This document shows, piece by piece, positions 29,429 to 37,408 of a stretch of DNA of 64,000 bases. The translations under genes were made by a program, and so were the position numbers. How positions within the stretch are numbered: position 1 is the stretch's first letter; every line of letters starts with the position of its first letter. The notes below the pieces were generated by a model. That model saw only the letters and a program-made list of their open reading frames with translations, searched no databases and was not told the origin of the DNA. This stretch comes from Anaerolineaceae bacterium (GTDB lineage: Bacteria; Chloroflexota; Anaerolineae; Anaerolineales; Anaerolineaceae): the NCBI GenBank assembly GCA_049301715.1, contig JBAQLH010000021.1, positions 1-64,000 of the forward strand. Direction: 5' to 3'.

Positions 29429-31063
29429 TCAATCCTCCCAACCGACCTGCCTGAATGCAGCCGGCAGACCTGCCAGGGTATCCTCGGGTGCAAGGGCACG
29501 GTAAGTACGATGCTTGCTCTGGATATCCGCAGCCAGTCCGTGCAGGTATACCGCTGATGAAACCGCCTGCTTGAGTGGGAGACCCTGTGCCAGAAGGGCG
29601 CCTAATAAGCCGCCCAAGACGTCCCCAGAGCCGGCTTTTGCCATCCCAACATTGCCGGAGGTGTTGATCCAGGTTTCACCATCGGTAGGAAAAGCCATAA
29701 CCGTGCCGGCTCCTTTCAGCACAACCACACTGTTGGCTAGTTTTGCCAGCAGGCGGGCGGAGCGGATCCGGTCCTGCTCGACCAAATCAGCCGCTTCGGG
29801 GCAGAGTCGGGCAAACTCACCCGGGTGGGGGGTTAAGATGGCTGGCTCCAAGCCGGATTGCGTACGCTTTTGCAAAACTTCGCGGTAGGTTTCTAACTTG
29901 TTGGGGACAGCCAGCAGGTTCAAGGCATCTGCGTCCAAAACCAGGCGCGGAGCTTCCTGGATGGCTGCCAAAATCAGGCTGATCAAATCCGGACGGGCCG
30001 CATCCGGTAAACCCAGACCCGGACCTACCAGTACGGCATCCATGCCCTGCATGCGTTCCCGCCAAAATGCCAACTGCATATCAGAGATTCTTCTTGCGGA
30101 AATGCCGGCGTCTGGTAGGTGTTCTTCAGAAGTGGAATTCGGCAGGGTACTGGTGAGCAAGGAAGGCGCCGCTGCCAGTACGGCCGGGTAAATTTCCGAG
30201 GGAACAGTCAAGTAAACGTAGCCGGTTCCCGTTCTCATAGCCGCCTGCCCGGAAAGAACGGCTGCACCAGCCAGACCAGGGCTGCCTGCCAAGATCGCCA
30301 GGCGCCCAAAATTGCCTTTGTGGCAGTCTGGCGCTCTTTCTGGTTTCCAGGACCGAACGTCACTCTCGGTCAGGGCTGAGGGCGAATGAAGGTTTTTATC
30401 TATCCAGATTTTCTCAAGAAACGAGGCTGGCAATCCCAGATCGCTCACCGTCACTCTCCCAGCAAACTTGCGCCCGGGGTAGCTGACCAGACCAGTCTTG
30501 GGGAGGATAAAGGTGAGGGTCTCATCGGCCGTAATGACAGACTCGGATGCTCGACCGCTGCTGGCTTCAATGCCCGAAGGAAGGTCTACAGACAACACGC
30601 AAGCCTGATAGTATGCCCTGGCGGCATTAACAGCCTTAGCGAGGCTTCGGAATTCCGGGCTCACCAATCGATCGGCTTTAAACCCACTGCCAAAGACTGC
30701 ATCGATAATTAAGCCAGGTCCGGGGGTAAACTCTTGAAGAAGATGTGGGACCATTCCTAATTTCAGGCAAGCCTGCCGGTTGAGGTGTGCATCCCCCTGG
30801 TTGTCAGCGGCAGAAGCTGATTCATACAAGCGCAGCACAGGTGCATGATCCAGCAGTAAACGCGCTGCAGCGTAGCCGTCACCACCGTTATTCCCCGCCC
30901 CGCACAGGATGGATACGCTCGGGTAATTGCCACTGGAGAGAAGTTTTAATGTCAGGTCTGCCACCGCCCGGGCAGCCTGTTCCATCAAAAGCAAGGTCGG
31001 GATACCTGTCTGTGCTGCCTCTGCTTCAATGATCCGTTGTTCTTCGGCGCCTATTGTACGCAT
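29429..31063 (-). CDS. nnr: bifunctional NAD(P)H-hydrate repair enzyme (epimerase + ADP-dependent dehydratase)
   Basis: YjeF-N domain (ILCGAGNNGGDGYAAARLL) fused to a YjeF-C carbohydrate-kinase-like domain. Confidence 0.85.
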   Translation of the reverse strand: MRTIGAEEQRIIEAEAAQTGIPTLLLMEQAARAVADLTLKLLSSGNYPSVSILCGAGNNGGDGYAAARLLLDHAPVLRLYESASAADNQGDAHLNRQACLKLGMVPHLLQEFTPGPGLIIDAVFGSGFKADRLVSPEFRSLAKAVNAARAYYQACVLSVDLPSGIEASSGRASESVITADETLTFILPKTGLVSYPGRKFAGRVTVSDLGLPASFLEKIWIDKNLHSPSALTESDVRSWKPERAPDCHKGNFGRLAILAGSPGLAGAAVLSGQAAMRTGTGYVYLTVPSEIYPAVLAAAPSLLTSTLPNSTSEEHLPDAGISARRISDMQLAFWRERMQGMDAVLVGPGLGLPDAARPDLISLILAAIQEAPRLVLDADALNLLAVPNKLETYREVLQKRTQSGLEPAILTPHPGEFARLCPEAADLVEQDRIRSARLLAKLANSVVVLKGAGTVMAFPTDGETWINTSGNVGMAKAGSGDVLGGLLGALLAQGLPLKQAVSSAVYLHGLAADIQSKHRTYRALAPEDTLAGLPAAFRQVGWED

Positions 31064-31115
31064 GTCTTTTCCTCAGGATGATCTTCTGATTTTTTACGGT
31101 GTAGAGAGAATTAAC

Positions 31116-31988
31116 CTATACGTAACGGTACTCATGATAATCACATACCGGCTTGAAGCCAATCTTTTGGTAGATCGAGTTGCTGATCGGGTTAGCCAGA
31201 TCGGTGAAAAGGTTGACCATGGCATAACCCTGATCCAGAATTTCTTGCGAAAGCCCAGCCACCAAGGCGGTAGCGTAGCCCTTACGCCGCTGTTCTGGCG
31301 GAGTATACACTCCGCTAATGGACATTGCGTGGTGAGTAGGCCGAGTGGTCAGTGCCATGGTCACTGCCCTGCCGTTTACGTCCCAAACATACACGGACTT
31401 GTTTAACACTGCCCTGGTCATTCTTTCCTCGTTCCAGGAGGTGTCATTGGCTTCCTCTATTTCGACGAGCATGGCTTGGATCATTCCCAGGGTTATCGAG
31501 ATGTCTGCCTCGACTGCCAGGCGCATTCCACCTTCCGGCTCAGGGGGGCAGGCTACCTCATGGAGCAAGTAAGACCTCAAACAGCGATCCAGAACGGCCT
31601 GCTTCCCGGTAATGGTACACCACAAGCAGGCAAAGGCGTCGCTGGCTTGCGCCACGCCGTTCGAACCAGGAAGGTTCATACCTTGTTGAAAGAGTTCCTG
31701 CGCCAAAAGATTCAAAGCCCCCTCATTGACCGGGTCACTATGCACCAGTAGGTAATAGGGAGGGGTTCTGACTGCCGAAGATAACACTTGCCTGTTCTGA
31801 TCACGCACCACAGCTAAAAGTGGCTTTTCATTTACTGCTTCCGGTTCGCTTGCTACACGCAGCGCCACCCCAAGCATCAAGGAATGTTTACCTTCCTCGG
31901 CTTCATAAATTTCCAGGGTCCAATCCAAAAACTCCCTGGGATCTTCGAAAAACATCAAGATTTCCGTCATTTCACACCCAACTTCCAA
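31116..31988 (-). CDS. GNAT-family N-acetyltransferase (C-terminal acetyltransferase domain)
   Basis: C-terminal acetyl-CoA-binding motif RRKGYATALVAGL...NPISNSIYQKIGF. Start uncertain; MTEIL 6 codons downstream is possible. Confidence 0.6.
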   Translation of the reverse strand: MEVGCEMTEILMFFEDPREFLDWTLEIYEAEEGKHSLMLGVALRVASEPEAVNEKPLLAVVRDQNRQVLSSAVRTPPYYLLVHSDPVNEGALNLLAQELFQQGMNLPGSNGVAQASDAFACLWCTITGKQAVLDRCLRSYLLHEVACPPEPEGGMRLAVEADISITLGMIQAMLVEIEEANDTSWNEERMTRAVLNKSVYVWDVNGRAVTMALTTRPTHHAMSISGVYTPPEQRRKGYATALVAGLSQEILDQGYAMVNLFTDLANPISNSIYQKIGFKPVCDYHEYRYV

Positions 31989-32073
31989 GCATCACTGCCC
32001 AATACGCCCTATTCCACTCCATCCCATTGGAATTCAATATGCCCTGATGGTAACTTGATCATGTGCGTTATCT

Positions 32074-32418
32074 TTATCCCCACCACTGGTAGGTTTCCAG
32101 ATCAAGCTTGTCATCCTGATCGAAAACAATGCCCTCGTCCTCCAACCGGGCGCGTTGTTCGGCTGATCCGATGCCGTGCAGGCTGATGCGTCCTTTGGCA
32201 TTGATGACCCGCTGCCAGGGCACATCCGGATCGCGCCCGTCCCGCAGGGCTGCCATGGCATAACCAACCATCCTGGCAGAACAGCCGCCTACCATACGGG
32301 CGATCTGCCCGTATGTAGCCACCTTCCCAGCCGGGATAGCCTTTACCTGTTTGTAAATCCGTTGGTATAAAGGCATTTCTTGAGGCTCTCCCTGTTGTAA
32401 TGCGGTCTTGGTTGGCAT
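32074..32418 (-). CDS. alkyltransferase-like protein (ATL; MGMT DNA-binding domain with Cys->Trp)
   Basis: 114 aa with only the MGMT C-terminal winged-helix domain. Active-site motif reads PWQRV instead of PCHRV, the hallmark of non-catalytic ATL damage sensors. Confidence 0.65.
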   Translation of the reverse strand: MPTKTALQQGEPQEMPLYQRIYKQVKAIPAGKVATYGQIARMVGGCSARMVGYAMAALRDGRDPDVPWQRVINAKGRISLHGIGSAEQRARLEDEGIVFDQDDKLDLETYQWWG

Positions 32419-32549
32419 TGGTTCCTCACTTTAATTCATAAAGCAAAGGCTGCGTTGATCGAGATACGTCAACCTGCTTTATCCTTATATTGGCTTTTTT
32501 GTTCTCAAAGTCAGAGAAACTTGAATCTAATTATATTCCTGATTGCATC

Positions 32550-32640
32550 GTTGGGTTTCGAGCGAAACCCAAGAGGATCGGATTGCCTTTTGTAACCGCT
32601 CAACACCAACCTATAGAGTCTGGCAGGTTGAGTCAAGCGG
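32550..32640 (+). repeat. copy A of a conserved intergenic element (GTTGGGTTTCG...AAGAGGATCGG...TTTGT..CCGCTCAACACCAACCTATAG + closing GTTGAG..GCGG)
   Basis: Read directly. Shares ordered blocks with copies at 53465-53665 (+), 45968-46136 and 61283-61349 (-). Lies between the rpoD 3' end and the ATL start. Confidence 0.5.
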
Positions 32641-32732
32641 AGAATCGCAAAGATTATTATGGTTGGATTTGCCCGCTCAACCCGTCCTGCTATCAATATG
32701 CGCGCTATCCCTGCCTGATTCCTCTGCCATAA

Positions 32733-32761
32733 TTAATAACAGCCCGGGTATCCAGGCTGTT
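32733..32761 (-). terminator. candidate rpoD terminator
   Basis: Hairpin AACAGCC-N10-GGCTGTT immediately downstream of the rpoD stop, followed on the minus strand by A/U-rich AUUAAUUAUGG. Weak U-tract. Confidence 0.35.
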
Positions 32762-32771
32762 TCCTATGATT

Positions 32772-34226
32772 TCAAGTGCTTTGGATGTAATCCCTCAGCG
32801 AGTTCATCCGTTTTGGGTCTCTCAGTTTGCGCAGACCTGAGCTTTCAATCTGCCGGATGCGTTCCCGAGTAAGGTCGAAGCGCTCGCTGATTTCTTCCAA
32901 CGAATGGTAGACTCCATCTACCAGACCAAAGCGTAACTCAAGCACTCCTCTTTCTTTTTCCGAGAGAGTATCCAGCGACTCGCGCACAGACTCTCGTAAT
33001 GAGTCCTGCATCACCCCATCCGATGGTTCCAAAGCTTCGGCATCTTCAATGTAATCACCCAAGGTGCTGTTTTCCTCATCGCCTACCGGGCTTTCCAATG
33101 ATACTGGTTCCTCAGCCGTTTTCAGGACCTGCTCAACCTTCTGGGTGGCTTCGTCCCACCGGTGCAGCAAGCCTTGATCAGCCAGTTCGCGGTTCCCCCC
33201 AATTTTCTCAATCATCTGCTGGTCTTCTTCCGATAGGAAACTTGATTGGGCAGCGATCTCAGCAAAGGTCGGATCGCGCCCCAAGCTTTGTAACAGGTTG
33301 TGCTGAATCTTGAACAATTTGCTGAGGGATTCCACTATATGGGCCGGGATGCGAATGGTGCGGGCATTTTCCAAGATATAACGGCTGACAGATTGACGAA
33401 TCCACCAAGTGGCGTAGGTACTAAAGCGGTAACCGCGGGCAGGGTCATACTTCTGGATTGCCCGCAGCAACCCCATATTGCCTTCCTGAATCAAATCCAT
33501 GATGGCAACTCCCCGGCCTGTATAACGCTTGGCAACACTCACCACCAGGCGCAGGTTGAATTCCACCAATGTATAAACAGCCTGCTGGGAGTTGTTTATC
33601 ACCTGATCCATGCTAGCTTGGCAATCTTCACGGCTGGGCAGAGCTATCTTTAGGCGAGTCCACACAGGTAATTTTTGGCGTTTTCCAAACTGACCGATCA
33701 ATTCTTGCACAAAGCTCGGCGGAAGCAGATAGGCATCCAGATAAAACCGGAATAAGTCACGTGCGAGGACTTCCCAAAGCCTGTCTTTCCCCCAGCGTTC
33801 ATCGTTCAGGTAATCAAATACATCGGAAGGTTCGTTCATCTGGCAATTCTGATGCAGCAACATTGCTTCCTGCAAAGTTTTGACTATATCGGGTTGCGCA
33901 ATGCCCAGATTTGAGGAATCCGTTCTCACCAGTGCCCACGTTGAGGTCATATCCTTGTAGATCGATTCAATTTTCAAACAAACTTCAGAATCCTGAAAGA
34001 GTTTGAGTTGATGCTCGGCTTGGACGCAGGTTGCAACATGGAATTCCTTCCGATCATCCAGCAATTTATCCCGGTTGATCTCGTGTAAGTAAAGCTGAAT
34101 GGGATCATCCACTTGCATCGACGATTCAAGGTCTGGAAGATACTCCGAGGGAGAGAGGTCTGATTCTCCAATTTTACCTTCTTCCGATTTTATTTCATCT
34201 TCCGGGTCAATTTCAAAATCATTCAT
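32772..34226 (-). CDS. rpoD: RNA polymerase primary sigma factor (sigma-70)
   Basis: ATG at 34226 with GGAGG SD. Region 2 (DLIQEGNMGLLRAIQKYDPARGYRFSTYATWWIRQ), region 3 and region 4 (LDTLSEKERGVLELRFGL). 8-nt overlap with dnaG, the classic dnaG-rpoD operon. Confidence 0.9.
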   Translation of the reverse strand: MNDFEIDPEDEIKSEEGKIGESDLSPSEYLPDLESSMQVDDPIQLYLHEINRDKLLDDRKEFHVATCVQAEHQLKLFQDSEVCLKIESIYKDMTSTWALVRTDSSNLGIAQPDIVKTLQEAMLLHQNCQMNEPSDVFDYLNDERWGKDRLWEVLARDLFRFYLDAYLLPPSFVQELIGQFGKRQKLPVWTRLKIALPSREDCQASMDQVINNSQQAVYTLVEFNLRLVVSVAKRYTGRGVAIMDLIQEGNMGLLRAIQKYDPARGYRFSTYATWWIRQSVSRYILENARTIRIPAHIVESLSKLFKIQHNLLQSLGRDPTFAEIAAQSSFLSEEDQQMIEKIGGNRELADQGLLHRWDEATQKVEQVLKTAEEPVSLESPVGDEENSTLGDYIEDAEALEPSDGVMQDSLRESVRESLDTLSEKERGVLELRFGLVDGVYHSLEEISERFDLTRERIRQIESSGLRKLRDPKRMNSLRDYIQST

Positions 34227-36186
34227 AATTCCGTTTATCCTTAACTTTCCTCCGATTAACCAATTGTCCTTTTGGGCTGCTACCGCCCACCTGAGGGGAT
34301 TGCAGCGCCACATCAACCAGCCTACGCTGGTTTAATTGCTCCAATAAAAGGAATTGGGCTTCCTCTTCCGTGTAGGTTTTTTCTTCCATCTCAGACTGCA
34401 GGTACAAGATTTCCTGAATGCGGGCTTCGATCAAGTTGCGTCTGATCCGCAAGATGTTACGCACCTGGTCTGCCATGCGCTTCTCATCCGATGGCGGCAG
34501 GCTTTTTTCGATCAAAACCGGAGTTTCACTTTCCTCCAACACCTCCGGCAGATTTTCTGCAACGTAATCCTGAGGGGACATTTCATCCTGTTCCAATGCA
34601 GCTTTTACCAATTTGAAACCAATCACAAAATCACTTTCAGAAAAATCTTTTTCCGAAAGCTGCGGCAGCTCTAAGATGGCCAAGGTGCGGTTAATCCGAT
34701 AGAGTGATTCAGGATCCTTGATCAATTGCTGCAAAGCATGTTGTTCCAGGATGCGGTTACGTTGAGCTGTATCAGAGATTCGGGCAGTTTTACCATTAAT
34801 GCCGCCCATTTCTGGGGACTGACTCGCCTTTGAGCGCCTTGTTTTGCGCGGAATCGGGCTGGAAACCACCAGGACGCGTTCATCCACCCGCAGCAACCTT
34901 GCCAACTGCTGTCGGTAAGCCTCCCTCTCAACCGGATCGGCCACATCTTCGATCAACGGCAGCACCTGACCGGCAATCTCGCGTTTGACCTTGGCATCAT
35001 TGATATCCTGAGAAGCCGCCAAGGTCTCCATCACGTGAACAACCACCGGTTTAGCTTCAGCAAGGATCTTTTGCCAGGCTTGCGGGTCAGAAAGGACAAT
35101 CTCATCCGGGTCCTTGCCTTCCGGGAGGGTAGTCACGCGAATATCCGCTTTTAAGCGCCCTTCCACATGCAAGAGCCCATGTGCGTCAAAACGCATTTCA
35201 GCGTCCTGATCCATGGACTTCCGAGCGGTCTCGAGACCACGTAGGGTGGCTTTTTCCCCCGCGGCGTCCGGATCCAACGCCAAAACAATATTGCGGGAGT
35301 ACTTTTTCAGCAGCTTAAACTGATCTTCCGTCAGAGCGGTGCCCATCGGTGAGACTGCACTATGAAAACCTGCCTGATGCAGACCAATCACATCCATATA
35401 GCCTTCCACAATGACTGCCTGCTCCTCTTTTCGAATTGTCTGGCGCGCCAAATCCAAGCCAAAGAGCATACGCCCTTTGTCAAAAAGGTCTGTCCTTGGT
35501 GAATTCATGTATTTAGGTGCGTCATCAGGGTCAAGAACCCGCCCGCCAAAACCAGCCATTTTCCCGTAGGCATCCCGAATCGGGAACATCAAGCGATTGC
35601 GGAACTTATCGTAGGTTTCTCCGCTTTCCCGTTCGGTCAGCAGTCCAGCCTGCAAGATCAAACTATCATCGTAACCTTTTCGTTTCAGGTGGATGCTCAA
35701 GTCATTCCAGCCAGCCGGGGCAAAGCCTAATCCCCAAATCATGATAGTTTCATCGGTAAGTCCACGCTTGTGCAGGTAAGCCAATGCATCCTGACCGGGT
35801 TTGGTTTCCAGCATTTGTTGACGGTAAAATTGCTGTGCTGATTCCAAAACCCGGCTCAAATTCTCTTTCAAACTGGCACTCTGCTCATTAACCGGGCTGT
35901 AGGGCACCAGGGTCACACCAGCTTTTTCTGCCAAAAAGCGCAAAGCCTCATTGAAATCCCAGCCCTCGCGCTTCATCACATAACTAAAGATATCCCCGCC
36001 CTCATTGCACTGCCCAAAGCAGCGCCAGGTTTGGCTCTCGGGGAAAACCACAAACGCTGGTGTGTGGGTGTTGCTGTGAAAAGGGCAGAAACCAATGTAG
36101 TTCTTGCCGGTCCGACGCAGTTTTACAGTTTGGGAGACAATGTCGACCAAGTCTAATTGCGCCTTTACTTCATCAACAACACTCAT
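34219..36186 (-). CDS. dnaG: DNA primase
   Basis: Zn-ribbon CPFHSNTHTPAF...CFGC. TOPRIM core (EGYMDV, DPD, acidic residues). C-terminal helper domain. Confidence 0.9.
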   Translation of the reverse strand: MSVVDEVKAQLDLVDIVSQTVKLRRTGKNYIGFCPFHSNTHTPAFVVFPESQTWRCFGQCNEGGDIFSYVMKREGWDFNEALRFLAEKAGVTLVPYSPVNEQSASLKENLSRVLESAQQFYRQQMLETKPGQDALAYLHKRGLTDETIMIWGLGFAPAGWNDLSIHLKRKGYDDSLILQAGLLTERESGETYDKFRNRLMFPIRDAYGKMAGFGGRVLDPDDAPKYMNSPRTDLFDKGRMLFGLDLARQTIRKEEQAVIVEGYMDVIGLHQAGFHSAVSPMGTALTEDQFKLLKKYSRNIVLALDPDAAGEKATLRGLETARKSMDQDAEMRFDAHGLLHVEGRLKADIRVTTLPEGKDPDEIVLSDPQAWQKILAEAKPVVVHVMETLAASQDINDAKVKREIAGQVLPLIEDVADPVEREAYRQQLARLLRVDERVLVVSSPIPRKTRRSKASQSPEMGGINGKTARISDTAQRNRILEQHALQQLIKDPESLYRINRTLAILELPQLSEKDFSESDFVIGFKLVKAALEQDEMSPQDYVAENLPEVLEESETPVLIEKSLPPSDEKRMADQVRNILRIRRNLIEARIQEILYLQSEMEEKTYTEEEAQFLLLEQLNQRRLVDVALQSPQVGGSSPKGQLVNRRKVKDKRNYE

Positions 36187-36227
36187 TCAGGTTCCCTAAT
36201 AGCAAAAGTTTTGCTTTATCCCAGTAA

Positions 36228-37232
36228 TTACTGCACATGCTCATTATAGGAGCGCAAGGTGCTGACATAGTTAGCACGCTCGTAAGCAACCGAATTCTCT
36301 ACCTTCTCCAGGCTCAACGCTCCACGCATCTTTTCTACGGAATCATACCCGTTCTGATTCATCCAAGCCTGCAGATCAAAGAGAAGTTTACCAGCACTTT
36401 GGATTCCATTCTGAAGGAATTCCGAAACCACCAGGGTCACCTTGGCACCGGTCATAATGCCTTTGACCATGTCTGGGGCTGTGTGCACTCCCCCGCTTAA
36501 TGCCAAGTCCGCCTTGATCTGGGAAGACATGATCGCAATCCAACGCGCCGGCATCGCCAGGTCCGCACTGGTGCTGAAACGAACTTTCCGGTCAACATCC
36601 AGGGATTCGATATCAAAATCCGGCTGCAAGAAGCGATTGAACAATACAAAACCTTCTGCCCCAGCTTTATACGCCCTTTCCATAAAATTTGGCAGATTGG
36701 TAAAGTAAGGCGAGAGTTTCACCGTGATGGGAATATTAATGGTCTTTCGGACATCTCGGATCAGGTTCAGGTAGTTTTTTTCCACCTGGTCAGGCGGTAA
36801 TTTCTGATCGGTAACCAGGGTATAAATATTAAGCTCCAAGGCATCAGCCCCGGCGGATTCAAGTTCCATGGCTAATTTCACCCAGCCCCCAGCAGTCGTG
36901 CCGTTCAGGCTTGCGATCACAGGAATATCAACAGCTTCCTTGATCTTTCGCAATTGTTCCAGGTAGCGCTCGGCAGCACCTTCAATAGTATCCGGTTCCA
37001 CCAGATAGGTCTGTGCTTCCGGCTGGGTTTCAGTGCCTTTATTGAGGAAATAATCCAGCTCCAAACTTTCGTGGGTGATCTCTTCCTCAAACAAGCTGTA
37101 CATAACCAGGGCACTGACACCTTCGTCCTCAAGCTGTTTTACCACGGGTAATTTTCGTGTTAATGGTGAAGCACCGACAACCAAGGGATTTTTCAGGGAT
37201 AGACCCAAGTAATTTGTTCTTAAGTCGGTCAA
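36228..37232 (-). CDS. dihydroorotate dehydrogenase-family TIM-barrel flavoprotein (PyrD/PreA-like)
   Basis: 334 aa. N-terminal LGLSLKNPLVVGASPLT and overall DHOD class-1-like pattern. Exact substrate not assignable. Confidence 0.55.
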   Translation of the reverse strand: MTDLRTNYLGLSLKNPLVVGASPLTRKLPVVKQLEDEGVSALVMYSLFEEEITHESLELDYFLNKGTETQPEAQTYLVEPDTIEGAAERYLEQLRKIKEAVDIPVIASLNGTTAGGWVKLAMELESAGADALELNIYTLVTDQKLPPDQVEKNYLNLIRDVRKTINIPITVKLSPYFTNLPNFMERAYKAGAEGFVLFNRFLQPDFDIESLDVDRKVRFSTSADLAMPARWIAIMSSQIKADLALSGGVHTAPDMVKGIMTGAKVTLVVSEFLQNGIQSAGKLLFDLQAWMNQNGYDSVEKMRGALSLEKVENSVAYERANYVSTLRSYNEHVQ

Positions 37233-37248
37233 AATTCCTCCAATCGTA

Positions 37249-37290
37249 TGTACAAAAAGAAAACGGTGACGAACAGATTCGTCACCGTTA
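37249..37290 (-). terminator. rho-independent terminator of the PFOR gene
   Basis: On the minus strand: AACGGTGACGAA-TCTG-TTCGTCACCGTT followed by TTCTTTTTGTAC. Confidence 0.65.
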
Positions 37291-37408
37291 TTCTACCTTA
37301 GTTCAATGCCCCTCTTCAAGGGATGAGGCTCTACGCGGCAGCTTTTAAGTGATAATCAAATTTCCGCACGATCTGCTATTCTGAAGCCGAACCGTCACAC
37401 CCAGCGGT

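Noticed and set aside
32550-32640. Integron attC site interpretation of the repeat element (starts GTTGGGT, which fits GTTRRRY)
   Set aside because: The opposite end lacks a proper RYYYAAC inverse core in the required orientation. No integrase or cassette array is present.
32490-32872. Plus-strand ORFs 32490-32732 and 32543-32872 overlapping copy A of the repeat element
   Set aside because: The conserved DNA blocks translate to similar peptides in copies A and E (VGFRAKPKRIG… vs VGFRFRPKRIG…), which briefly suggested a small protein. Copy B carries an in-frame stop, and the ORF runs antisense into the rpoD 3' end, so nucleotide-level (RNA/DNA) conservation is the better explanation.
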